From IMG/VR virus record IMGVR_UViG_3300044568_003733, positions 1 through 57,851 of that record: 57,851 bases of DNA. One strand, written 5' to 3'. The DNA comes from a virus (Duplodnaviria; Caudoviricetes). The notes beneath the pieces were generated by a model. The model did no database searches, had not been told where the DNA came from, and worked only from the letters and a program-made list of their open reading frames with translations. The first letter of the stretch is position 1. Each line of letters opens with the position of its first letter. Both the position numbers and the translations under genes were made by a program. Positions 48,303 through 57,448 of the stretch are shown here, one piece after another.

Positions 48303-51300
48303 TTGAATTTTACACACCTTCACGTCCATTCTTATTATTCATTAATGGATGGATTAAACTCACCACTAGAATTGGCACAAGCCGCTAAAGATGCTGGGCA
48401 AACTGCGCTAGCTATTACCGATCATGGAACATTGTCATCACATCGTGAAATGCAAATTGCTTGTAAAGAAGTTGGAATAAAACCAATTCTGGGTGTAGAG
48501 GCATACATATCTCCAACAGATAGATTTGACCGATCATCTAAATCAGATAAATCAATTCAGGCATATAATCATATCATCTTATTGGCTAAAAATCGTGTGG
48601 GATTAAAAAATATAAATACTCTCCAAGAACTTGCTTGGAACGAGGGTTTTTATCATAAACCAAGAATTGATAGGGAGGTTCTAAAAGAATATGCAGAGGG
48701 TATTATTGTTCTTTCTGGATGCCTTAATGGACTTATTAGTAAGGCTATTGAAAAAGGAGAGTTTGAGGAAGCGAAAGCTGTACTTGAAGATTTTAAGAAA
48801 ACTTTTGGCAAAGATTTTTACATTGAGGTTCAATCTCATAATCCCAAAGAAATAAATGAAGGACTACTTAGCCTAGCAGATGAATTAGGAATTAAACCAG
48901 TAGCAACTGGAGATGCCCATTTTGCAAAGGGCGAGGACAAAATTTTAGAGGAAGCTATGCTTATATTGTCTACATCCCCCAAAGCAGACAAAGAAGCAGA
49001 CTTTGATATGTCCAGACAAATGCCAAATATGCTGGATAGATTTAATTATCTATATCCAGATAGGCGTATATCCTTTCAAGACTATAATTTATTTATCCAG
49101 TCTAGGGAAGAGATCCAAAATGACTTTAATAAGACTGGCATTATGAGAACAGATATTTATGAGAATACCATGGAGATAGCCGAAAAAATTGGAGAATACG
49201 ATTTTAACAGGGGTCTAGACCTTCTCCCAGTACCCAAGACCAATGCCGACGAAAAGCTGTCCCAAATGGCCTTTGAAGGCCTAGAAAGGCTACGCCTGAC
49301 CTCATCATGGATGGGAAATGACCTATATGAGCAAAGGCTAGTAGAAGAATTAGAGATAATTAAAGATAAAAGCTTTGCCTCCTATTTCTTGGTTGTAGCA
49401 GATATGGTAAATTGGGCAAAGGATAATAATATTATGGTGGGTCCAGGCCGTGGTTCTGCTGCAGGATCGTTGGTGTGCTACTCCCTTGGAATAACAGATG
49501 TAGATCCAATTGAATATAACCTTTTGTTTTTTAGATTTATTAACCCTGAGCGTAATGACTTTCCAGATATTGATACAGATTTTGAAGACCGTCGTCGTAA
49601 AGAAGTTAAAGAATATTTAAAAAAGAAATTTAAAAATGTGGCATCTATTTCAACATATACTTATTTTAAAGATAAGGGCGTTGTGCGAGATGCTTCTCGT
49701 GTATTTATGATTCCCCTTCAAGAAGTTAATCGTGCTTTAAAATCAGTAGACACATTTGAAGATTTTGTTGAGTCTCCAAATACAAAAGAATTTAGAATTA
49801 AATACCCAGAAGTGGTTTGGTTAGCAGAAAGACTTCGTGGAAAAATTAGAAGCGTTGGTGTGCATGCAGCTGGTGTAGTTGTTGCAAAAGATGATATTAG
49901 AAACTACGCCCCAATTGAATCTAGAGAAGATGCTCAGGATAAAGTTTCAGGAAGAATCCCAGTTGTTGCGTATGATATGGATACTGTTGCTGATATAGGA
50001 TTAATTAAACTAGATGCATTGGGACTAAAAACTCTTTCAGTTATTTCGGATACATTAAAATCAATAAAGGATAGATCTGGAAAAGATGTGCACCTATCAT
50101 CTTTAACTTTTGATGATCCAGCAGTATATAAAGTTTTAAGTGAGGGATATACAAAAGGTGTGTTTCAGGCAGAAGCAACTCCTTATACAAATCTTTTAAT
50201 TAAAATGGGTGTAGACAAATTTGAAGACTTAGTTGCCTCAAATGCTCTTGTAAGACCTGGAGCAATGAATACTGTTGGAGCTTCTTATATTAATAGAAAG
50301 CAAGGCAGAGAAGCCGTTGATTATACTCACGCAACAATGAGACCTTTTACCGAGAATACATATGGTGTTATCATATATCAAGAGCAGGTTATGCAGGCAT
50401 GTGTACACCTAGGTGGGATGTCTTGGTCAGAGGCTGATAAGGTCCGCAAGATTATTGGAAAGAAGAAAGATGCAAAAGAATTTGACCAATTCAAAGATAA
50501 GTTTATTGCTGGGGCTTCAGAACACATTTCTGAGAAAAAAGCCAAAACGTTATGGAATAATTTTGAGGCTCACGCTGGCTACTCTTTTAATCGTTCTCAC
50601 GCTGTTGCTTATTCCATGCTTAGTTATTATACGGCTTGGCTTAAAAATTATTACCCTCTTGAATTCATGTTTTCAATTCTTAAGAATGAAAATGATAAAG
50701 ATGCGAGAACCGAATACTTAATTGAAGCTAAAAGATTAGGATTAAAAGTATTACTGCCACACATTAATGAATCTAGTTTATACTTCTCATTACAAGGAGA
50801 TGCAATTAGATTTGGATTAGCAGAAGTAAAATTTATATCAGACAGTATTGCAAATAAAATTATAGAAAGAAGGCCATATGCCACTTATTCCGATTTCATA
50901 CAAAAAGCCTCTACGAAAGGTAGTGGTATTAACAGTAGGGCTGTATCTGCTCTTAATGCTATTGGCGGTGCTGCTTTCGATGACAATGAGAGAAGCGGTA
51001 AAGAAAAAGACAACTACTACGAGTTCTTAGGAATACCTACATTTAATTTAGATTTGCCACCAAGAATTAAAGCTCAAGCAAGACCCATAGAAGACTTCGA
51101 TGACTTGGGATCGTTTGTTATGTTTGGCATGGTTAAAAATATTAAACGTGGAACTGGATGGGCAAGAGTAGAACTGGTAGATGAAACTGGATCAATAGGT
51201 CTATTTCATCATGAACAAACTCAAATTGAAACTAACCAAATGTATTTCATCCTTGTAGGAGACAATAGAATTGCAAGATATATAAAGGTGTCAGATATAG

Positions 51301-51581
51301 ACCCTAGTGGTTCAGATTTGTTTGTAGATTATCTATATAGAAAAGAATATGATATGCCAGATGATGAATATATGGTTTTAAACCATACTCCATATAAAAC
51401 AAAAGCTGGAAAAATGATGGCTCACCTAGTATTTACTAATAAAAATAAAGAATTAACTAGAGCTATTGCATTTCCAACAATGTATAAAATGGCTCTAGCA
51501 AAATTAAGAGAAGGAATGAAATGTAAAATTACATTATCTAAATTAGATGATGGAACCCTTATGGTTAAGGAAATAAAATGA
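48303..51581 (+). CDS. dnaE: DNA polymerase III alpha subunit
   Basis: HLHVHS.YSL.DG (PHP), GRGSAAGS, PDIDTDF, KLDALGL, YSFNRSHAVAY. Confidence 0.97.
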   Translation: MNFTHLHVHSYYSLMDGLNSPLELAQAAKDAGQTALAITDHGTLSSHREMQIACKEVGIKPILGVEAYISPTDRFDRSSKSDKSIQAYNHIILLAKNRVGLKNINTLQELAWNEGFYHKPRIDREVLKEYAEGIIVLSGCLNGLISKAIEKGEFEEAKAVLEDFKKTFGKDFYIEVQSHNPKEINEGLLSLADELGIKPVATGDAHFAKGEDKILEEAMLILSTSPKADKEADFDMSRQMPNMLDRFNYLYPDRRISFQDYNLFIQSREEIQNDFNKTGIMRTDIYENTMEIAEKIGEYDFNRGLDLLPVPKTNADEKLSQMAFEGLERLRLTSSWMGNDLYEQRLVEELEIIKDKSFASYFLVVADMVNWAKDNNIMVGPGRGSAAGSLVCYSLGITDVDPIEYNLLFFRFINPERNDFPDIDTDFEDRRRKEVKEYLKKKFKNVASISTYTYFKDKGVVRDASRVFMIPLQEVNRALKSVDTFEDFVESPNTKEFRIKYPEVVWLAERLRGKIRSVGVHAAGVVVAKDDIRNYAPIESREDAQDKVSGRIPVVAYDMDTVADIGLIKLDALGLKTLSVISDTLKSIKDRSGKDVHLSSLTFDDPAVYKVLSEGYTKGVFQAEATPYTNLLIKMGVDKFEDLVASNALVRPGAMNTVGASYINRKQGREAVDYTHATMRPFTENTYGVIIYQEQVMQACVHLGGMSWSEADKVRKIIGKKKDAKEFDQFKDKFIAGASEHISEKKAKTLWNNFEAHAGYSFNRSHAVAYSMLSYYTAWLKNYYPLEFMFSILKNENDKDARTEYLIEAKRLGLKVLLPHINESSLYFSLQGDAIRFGLAEVKFISDSIANKIIERRPYATYSDFIQKASTKGSGINSRAVSALNAIGGAAFDDNERSGKEKDNYYEFLGIPTFNLDLPPRIKAQARPIEDFDDLGSFVMFGMVKNIKRGTGWARVELVDETGSIGLFHHEQTQIETNQMYFILVGDNRIARYIKVSDIDPSGSDLFVDYLYRKEYDMPDDEYMVLNHTPYKTKAGKMMAHLVFTNKNKELTRAIAFPTMYKMALAKLREGMKCKITLSKLDDGTLMVKEIK

Positions 51582-51781
51582 CAGATAACATAGAAGGTCT
51601 AGTGGCATCAATTAATATGAATCAGGTATTAGTTGCAATTTTAGAAGAACATAAAAAAATAACTGTTCCAACTTTAAGGTTTTTAGATGTTAATTCATCT
51701 AATAAAGAACTAGTTATTGATTATAATGAAGAGGGACCATCGTTTACATTTAGTTTAAGGGAGATAAATGAAGTCGTTTGA
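51578..51781 (+). CDS. Hypothetical protein
   Basis: Coupled ORF with AAGGA SD. Confidence 0.6.
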   Translation: MTDNIEGLVASINMNQVLVAILEEHKKITVPTLRFLDVNSSNKELVIDYNEEGPSFTFSLREINEVV

Positions 51782-52115
51782 TATAGTAACTGAGTATGGC
51801 TTAGACGCTTTATCTGCGGTCTTGCATGAGTCTGCAAAAGAAAAGGGATTCTGGGATGGCGAATATACAAATGACAAGGTCGGAAATAAATTAGCGTTAG
51901 TTCATTCAGAAATAACTGAAATTTTAGAGGCTATAAGAAAAAGCCATGGTTCAGAAAAAATTGTAGAGGAAATGGCAGATGTTATTATTAGGCTGCTAGA
52001 TGTTTATGCTGCGATGCGTAATGAGGGGCAAATCCTACACAGCCTTGACGAGGTTTTAGAGGCTAAAATTAATAAAAATAAAGAGCGTCCAAGACTTCAC
52101 GGCAACCTATTTTAA
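51768..52115 (+). CDS. MazG-like nucleotide pyrophosphohydrolase
   Basis: HSEITE..EA...EEMADV.IR..D, K...N..R. Confidence 0.8.
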   Translation: MKSFDIVTEYGLDALSAVLHESAKEKGFWDGEYTNDKVGNKLALVHSEITEILEAIRKSHGSEKIVEEMADVIIRLLDVYAAMRNEGQILHSLDEVLEAKINKNKERPRLHGNLF

Positions 52116-52148
52116 TGATATAATAAACAGAGAGAAGAAAGAATAATA

Positions 52149-53153
52149 ATGAAAATTGCACTAGATGATATACTAGCAAAGTTAGATCCAAAAACAAGAG
52201 CAAGAGTTCAATCAGCAGTAGATGTACATGTCGATAAGCAGCCAACACCCAGCATAGGACTGAACCTTGCCCTAAAGGGTGGCCTTGCTTATGGAAGACA
52301 GATTCTTGTTTGGGGAAATAAGTCTGCTGGTAAATCTTCTTTCTGTTTACAAATGATAGCGTTGGCTCAAAAAGAAGGAAAAGCATGTGCTTGGATAGAC
52401 GCAGAGCATTCTTACGAACCTTCCTGGGCGGAACAACTAGGAGTTGATTCTAGTAAATTAATTTATTCTACAGCAAAAACCGTTAATGACATGGTTGATG
52501 TTGCAACTAAGCTTATGGACGCAGGTGTTGATATGATTGTAGTAGATTCAATTTCAGCACTGCTTCCAGCTATTTATTTTGAAAAAGATGGAAATGAAAT
52601 GAAAGATTTGCAAGACACAAAGCAAATCGGCGCTGAAGCAAAGGATATGACCCACGCAGTCAAGATGTTAAACTATGCAAACAAAAACACACTACTTGTT
52701 CTCATCTCACAACAACGAAATCAATTTGGATCTATGCATGCTTCGCACATCCCCACTGGCGGAATGGCAGTCAAGTTCTTTTCTTCCACAGTCGTTAAAC
52801 TTTGGTCGTCTGAAGCTGAGGCTAATGCTATTAAGGCTGGAATTAAAGTTGGCGACAAGATTATCGAGCAAAGAGTCGGAAGACCAGTTAACTGGATTAT
52901 TGATTACAACAAAGTCGGCCCCCCTAATTTATCGGGACAATACGACTTTTATTACCAAGGGGACACTCTTGGCATAGATGCTGTTGGAGAGTCACTAGAT
53001 GTTGCAGAGATGTGTGGCATTGTAGAAAAAGGTGGCGCTTGGTATACAGTTAATGGAGAAAGATTTCAGGGGAGAGCAAAAGCAGTGCAGTATCTTCGTG
53101 AAAACCCTAAAGTAGTTGAAAAACTACAAGAGGATATTCGTGCCAAATCTTAA
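52149..53153 (+). CDS. recA: RecA/UvsX recombinase
   Basis: GNKSAGKS, IDAEH, VVDSI.AL, TGG.A.KFFS, GAWY. Confidence 0.95.
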   Translation: MKIALDDILAKLDPKTRARVQSAVDVHVDKQPTPSIGLNLALKGGLAYGRQILVWGNKSAGKSSFCLQMIALAQKEGKACAWIDAEHSYEPSWAEQLGVDSSKLIYSTAKTVNDMVDVATKLMDAGVDMIVVDSISALLPAIYFEKDGNEMKDLQDTKQIGAEAKDMTHAVKMLNYANKNTLLVLISQQRNQFGSMHASHIPTGGMAVKFFSSTVVKLWSSEAEANAIKAGIKVGDKIIEQRVGRPVNWIIDYNKVGPPNLSGQYDFYYQGDTLGIDAVGESLDVAEMCGIVEKGGAWYTVNGERFQGRAKAVQYLRENPKVVEKLQEDIRAKS

Positions 53154-53325
53154 TGAGTTCTTTAATAAAGAAGAAATTAAGCCAGTAGAACTTGAAAAGT
53201 TTGGTGGCAAAAAGCCTTGTGCTAAATGCGACAAAGACTCAGAAGAATATTTTTGGGATGCAATGTCATTAACAATGAGTTGGGAATGTCCAAGTGGTCA
53301 CAAAAATTCATTTAGGGTTAACTAA
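53140..53325 (+). CDS. Small zinc-ribbon protein
   Basis: CAKC...CPSGH; GTG start after GAGGA. Confidence 0.6.
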   Translation: MPNLNEFFNKEEIKPVELEKFGGKKPCAKCDKDSEEYFWDAMSLTMSWECPSGHKNSFRVN

Positions 53326-53633
53326 TGTCAGAAAGATCTGAAGTTAAAAGAGATGGAGCCAAAGCACAAAAAAATAGTGGGCGTGGCGATTATCAAAAAG
53401 GTGATGCTAAATGGAAACAGTTTCTTGTAGATTACAAGGAATCTAAATCTTCATTTAATTTAAACAAAGATGTATGGGCTAAAATCTGTACAGATACTTT
53501 TAAGGTAAGCAGGGATATGCATCCTGCTCTTAAAATAATTATCGGTGAAGATTCCAAGGTCCGTCTTGGAATCATTGAGTGGTCGATCTTAGAAGATTTG
53601 ATCGCATTTTGGGAGGAAAATAATAATGGCTAA
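53325..53633 (+). CDS. PD-(D/E)XK nuclease, Hjc-like resolvase
   Basis: E...NSGRG..KGD...VDYK. Confidence 0.6.
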   Translation: MSERSEVKRDGAKAQKNSGRGDYQKGDAKWKQFLVDYKESKSSFNLNKDVWAKICTDTFKVSRDMHPALKIIIGEDSKVRLGIIEWSILEDLIAFWEENNNG

Positions 53634-54036
53634 TCCAACAATTACAATAGTTGGCAGAGTGGGGCAAGATCCAGTTAAGATTAATGGAGTCGGAGTTAGA
53701 CTACGAGTTGTCTCTAATGATCGCATAAAAAATGATTCTACTGGTAACTGGGATGATAAGGATACATCTTGGTGGACAGTAAAGGCTTGGAAGAATTTAG
53801 CGGAACAAACTGCTGCTACTATAAAAAAAGGTCAAGAGATAGTTGTTGTAGGAAAGATTTATGAAGAGACATGGAAAGATAAAGAAGGAAACAATCGTAC
53901 ATCTTATAGTATAAACGCAGACACAATTGCAGTTACTACATGGTCTTTATCTAAAAAAGAATCATCTTCGGGATCTGATAATTCATGGTCGGCACCATCT
54001 AAATGGGATATTGTAGATTCTGAGGTTAAGTTTTAA
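53626..54036 (+). CDS. ssb: Bacterial-type single-stranded DNA-binding protein
   Basis: ITIVGR...P, W..V.AW..LAE, KG..I.V.G, W.DKEG; tail DSEVKF. Confidence 0.85.
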   Translation: MANPTITIVGRVGQDPVKINGVGVRLRVVSNDRIKNDSTGNWDDKDTSWWTVKAWKNLAEQTAATIKKGQEIVVVGKIYEETWKDKEGNNRTSYSINADTIAVTTWSLSKKESSSGSDNSWSAPSKWDIVDSEVKF

Positions 54037-54167
54037 TGGGATCAAATAATAAAATACCATTTAATAAAACAATTATAAAAGATGGAAGAATTGTAAGAAT
54101 TAGAAAAGACGGAACAGTAAAAGCCGATTTGGGCCCCTACAGCACAAAAAAAACAAAGGCTAAGTAA
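54036..54167 (+). CDS. 43-aa basic protein (not in the track)
   Basis: MGSNNKIPFNKTIIKDGRIVRIRKDGTVKADLG...; TAATG coupling at both ends. Confidence 0.6.
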   Translation: MGSNNKIPFNKTIIKDGRIVRIRKDGTVKADLGPYSTKKTKAK

Positions 54168-54331
54168 TGGAACAATATATTTGGTTTCTTTTTGGCTTAG
54201 GGCTAGGCTTGGCCCTAGACTGGGTACTAGTTAAATTTATGCTTAAAGATATAAAAAAAAGACTGTCTCGCTTAGAGGTAAAAAATAATTTACAAGCATT
54301 AGAGAAAAGGAATAGCAATGCCAGAGGATAA
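54167..54331 (+). CDS. 54-aa single-pass membrane protein (not in the track)
   Basis: IWFLFGLGLGLALDWVLV followed by a basic coiled coil. Confidence 0.55.
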   Translation: MEQYIWFLFGLGLGLALDWVLVKFMLKDIKKRLSRLEVKNNLQALEKRNSNARG

Positions 54332-54653
54332 GAATACCCTAGAGCTTATTAGTTCAATTACAGAATTTAATGACCTTCATGAATATATGAAGGATGAGAA
54401 TTTAGACAAAGCTCTTGCTGTGGTTGTTAAATTATTGATGAATCCAGAAGTTCCTTCTGCTAAAGCCCCTATCTTAATTATTGAACTTCAAGCAATGTCA
54501 ACAAAATTTGCAATGATGGCCTCAGTTTATTCAACAATTATGAAGGATAAAGCTGGATCGGTAAATAATAATAAAAAAAATATATACTATTCAGCAAAAG
54601 AATCTATAGATAAATTAGTAGATGCCCTTAAATATGTTGTTAGGTATAATTAA
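54318..54653 (+). CDS. Hypothetical helical protein
   Basis: ORF with AAGGA SD. Confidence 0.65.
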   Translation: MPEDKNTLELISSITEFNDLHEYMKDENLDKALAVVVKLLMNPEVPSAKAPILIIELQAMSTKFAMMASVYSTIMKDKAGSVNNNKKNIYYSAKESIDKLVDALKYVVRYN

Positions 54654-54655
54654 TA

Positions 54656-55441
54656 ATGGGTAGAGAAATAGTTAAAAATCTTAAATTTAAAAAGCATACT
54701 GGTAAGCACTTTGACCCAGAACTTTTTGCAAAACTAATAGACGAATCGTATCGTAATACTAAACGTGCAGATGGAGAAATGACAAAAAAGTCTTTTAGCC
54801 CAAGCTCCCTTGGCTATGGACATGGTACTTGCCCAAGATACTGGTATATGGCTTTTTCTGGTGCAATGTTTATTGATGATAATGATTCTGTTGCAGTTGC
54901 AAACATGGCTCAGGGAACTCAGGCTCATGAAAGACTACAGAATTTAATTAAAACAATGCCAGAATGGAAGGCAGAAGAAGAAGAAATAGTTAATGAGTAT
55001 CCTCCAATTCGTGGATTTATAGATTTGATAATGGAATATGACGGTGAAACAGTTATTGGGGAAATAAAAACTGCTAAGCAAGAAGTTTGGGATGCAAGGC
55101 AATCGGAAATGAAACCCACAACTAATCACTTATTACAATTGCTTACCTATATGAAACTTAAAAATGCTAAAGAGGGATTTTTTCTGTATGAAAATAAAAA
55201 TACCCAAGAATTAATAGTTATTCCAGTTTCTATGAATGAAAAAAATACTGCAATTATTGAAGAAGCTTTTTTATGGATGTGTGAGGTATGGGATAATTTT
55301 AAAGAAGGAGACCTTCCCATGAGGCCAGAAGGTGCAACAAAATCTAAAATGCCGTGCACCTATTGCCCAATTAAAAAAGAATGTTACTCAGGTCTTACTG
55401 GAACAGTTCAAATAGAATCTTATAAGGTGCCTAAAATATGA
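54656..55441 (+). CDS. Cas4/AddB-like PD-(D/E)XK exonuclease with Fe-S cluster cysteines
   Basis: CPR, GT..H, G.ID, EIKT, QL..Y, C..C.....C. Confidence 0.85.
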   Translation: MGREIVKNLKFKKHTGKHFDPELFAKLIDESYRNTKRADGEMTKKSFSPSSLGYGHGTCPRYWYMAFSGAMFIDDNDSVAVANMAQGTQAHERLQNLIKTMPEWKAEEEEIVNEYPPIRGFIDLIMEYDGETVIGEIKTAKQEVWDARQSEMKPTTNHLLQLLTYMKLKNAKEGFFLYENKNTQELIVIPVSMNEKNTAIIEEAFLWMCEVWDNFKEGDLPMRPEGATKSKMPCTYCPIKKECYSGLTGTVQIESYKVPKI

Positions 55442-55716
55442 AATGTGCAAACAATGAGTGTACTAAAAAGTTTGATGCCAAAACTCATAATCAAAAATAT
55501 TGTTCTGACGAGTGCTGCAGGGTTGCAACTAATCGTAGAATTATGGAAAAATATTATGAAAAAAAGGCAATTAGAAATGGGGCTCCCAGAATTTGTAAAA
55601 AATGTAAAACTCAGCTAAGCAGATATAATCAGGCAGATGTATGTGCTGGCTGTGAAAAAAGAATAAGCAAAGAAAGTAAACTTGCGATATGGAAAATAAT
55701 TAGTGAAATTAACTGA
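55438..55716 (+). CDS. Cys-rich zinc-finger protein
   Basis: C...C, YCS..C, C..C, C..C. Confidence 0.7.
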   Translation: MKCANNECTKKFDAKTHNQKYCSDECCRVATNRRIMEKYYEKKAIRNGAPRICKKCKTQLSRYNQADVCAGCEKRISKESKLAIWKIISEIN

Positions 55717-56269
55717 CCTAATTAAAACAAAAGCCAATAGGGTTTTAGGGATAGACGCCTCAACAAATTCAGTAGCATTCTGTTTAATGGAAAATAACAA
55801 GCCTATAAAGTGGGGTAAAATAAACCTGTCTGGTTCTGATATATATGAAAAAATATTAGATGCAAAAGTTAAAACTCATTGCATGCTAGATGAATTAAAA
55901 AGCGATTATATTGCGGTAGAAGGTGCTATACTTGTCAGATCGCCCGATGCTGTGATAAAATTATCATATGTTTATGGAGTGGTTATTGCCGAACTTATGT
56001 CTACTGGCGCTAGTGTTATTACTATATCTCCAAGTTCCTGGCAAGCATACATTGGAAATAAAAATCCCACTAAAGAAGAAAAGGCGGCAATAAGATTAAA
56101 AAATCCAGGATATGCGGATTCCTGGTATAAGAATCAATTAAGGAATATGAGAAAACAAAGAACTGTAGATTATTTTAATAATAAATACAAGTTATCTTTA
56201 ACAGATTTTGATGTAGCAGATGCATTCGGCATTGCTCATTATGCAAACAAAGTGCTTACAGAAAGGTAA
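55703..56269 (+). CDS. RuvC-like Holliday junction resolvase
   Basis: LGIDAS, VEG, DVADA.GIA. Confidence 0.8.
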   Translation: MKLTDLIKTKANRVLGIDASTNSVAFCLMENNKPIKWGKINLSGSDIYEKILDAKVKTHCMLDELKSDYIAVEGAILVRSPDAVIKLSYVYGVVIAELMSTGASVITISPSSWQAYIGNKNPTKEEKAAIRLKNPGYADSWYKNQLRNMRKQRTVDYFNNKYKLSLTDFDVADAFGIAHYANKVLTER

Positions 56270-56271
56270 AC

Positions 56272-57033
56272 ATGATTATTCAAATTATAGGGCTTCCAGG
56301 CTCTGGAAAAACAGAATTAGCAAAAACTCTAAAAGAGCGCATCAATGCTATTCATCTTAACGCAGATGAAGTTCGTGCAGGTGTTAGCTCTGATCTTGGC
56401 TTCAGCCTTGATGATAGATTAGAGCAAGCACGACGTTTAGGAGAGATGGCTCGTTTAATTGCAAAGCAAGGTGTGGCTCCAGTAATTGTAGACTTTGTTT
56501 GTCCAACAGATTTAACTCGTGCAGCATTTGGAAAGCCAGACATTCTTGTATTTATGGATACAATTTCAGAAGGTCGCTTTGAGGATACTAATAAGATGTT
56601 TGAACGACCAACTGATGCTGATGTATCTTTTATTAGTCACAACTTAAATTCTGAAGCAAAGGCATCCCACATCATTGATAAGTTTAGTCTTCATGACTGG
56701 TCTGCACCTACAACGCTTATGCTAGGTAGGTATCAGCCATGGCACGAAGGCCACCACGCCCTTTACAAAGAAGCGGGCAATAGAACTAATCAAGTTCTTC
56801 TTGGAGTTCGTAATACATACAATACAAGTGAAAAGGATCCTCTTAAATTTGATCAGGTAAAAGAGTATATTGCTAAAGATGAGTTTATGAATGGTGCATT
56901 AGTACTGAGATTACCTAACATCACAAACATTGTTTATGGTCGTGATGTTGGATACAAGATTGAACAAGTAGATTTGGGGGCAGAGATTCATGCTATTTCG
57001 GCTACTGAAAAGCGTAAAGAATTGGGTATTTAA
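56272..57033 (+). CDS. APS kinase (CysC-like) fused to an HxGH nucleotidyltransferase domain
   Basis: GLPGSGKT, NADEVR, LGFS..DR, DFVCP, FE.P; then GRYQPWHEGH and YGRDVGY. Confidence 0.8.
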   Translation: MIIQIIGLPGSGKTELAKTLKERINAIHLNADEVRAGVSSDLGFSLDDRLEQARRLGEMARLIAKQGVAPVIVDFVCPTDLTRAAFGKPDILVFMDTISEGRFEDTNKMFERPTDADVSFISHNLNSEAKASHIIDKFSLHDWSAPTTLMLGRYQPWHEGHHALYKEAGNRTNQVLLGVRNTYNTSEKDPLKFDQVKEYIAKDEFMNGALVLRLPNITNIVYGRDVGYKIEQVDLGAEIHAISATEKRKELGI

Positions 57034-57101
57034 TTTTGGCCAAGGTATTGCAGATGCAGAAGATAGATTTGTTAAAAGTATGTTTAAGGAAGATATAGAT
57101 A

Positions 57102-57305
57102 ATGAAAGTAACTAGAGCAAGATCATTTGCGAAAGCAGTAAGTTATCGCATATGGGGAACTCTTTCATCTGTTGTTGTTGCCTATGTTATAACAAAAAAC
57201 GCTGCTCTTTCTGTAACAATTGCGTTTTGGGAAACGGTTGTTAAAATATTTCTATACTACGCACATGAGCGTGGGTGGAACTATATTCAATGGGGAAGAA
57301 AATGA
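57102..57305 (+). CDS. DUF2061-like small membrane protein
   Basis: RS..KA.SYRI.GT...YYAHER.W..I.WG. Confidence 0.75.
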   Translation: MKVTRARSFAKAVSYRIWGTLSSVVVAYVITKNAALSVTIAFWETVVKIFLYYAHERGWNYIQWGRK

Positions 57306-57448
57306 AACTATATCAAAGCCAAACATGGATGTACAGAAGGTATGTTGTTCAAAATAAAACAGTAACAGAAATTGCCGAAGAGTGCAAAGTCTCTGCCATG
57401 ACCATACAGAGAGCATTAGAAAAGTTTGGATTAATTAAAAAGAGATGA
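57302..57448 (+). CDS. 48-aa HTH protein (not in the track)
   Basis: KTVTEIAEECKVSAMTIQRALEKFGL; ATGA overlaps at both ends. Confidence 0.7.
   Translation: MKLYQSQTWMYRRYVVQNKTVTEIAEECKVSAMTIQRALEKFGLIKKR

Noticed and set aside
45075-53153. Inteins or introns in DnaB, DnaE or RecA
   Set aside because: Lengths are compact, motifs are continuous, and no splice-junction or homing endonuclease motifs were seen.
54656-55441. Cas4-like gene as evidence of a CRISPR-Cas system
   Set aside because: No cas1/cas2 and no array; solo Cas4-like exonucleases are common in phage recombination modules.
56990-57115. Possible 41-aa ORF (MLFRLLKSVKNWVFNFGQG...) bridging the kinase and DUF2061 genes
   Set aside because: It fills the gap plausibly but overlaps both neighbours and has no recognisable motif; too weak to call.
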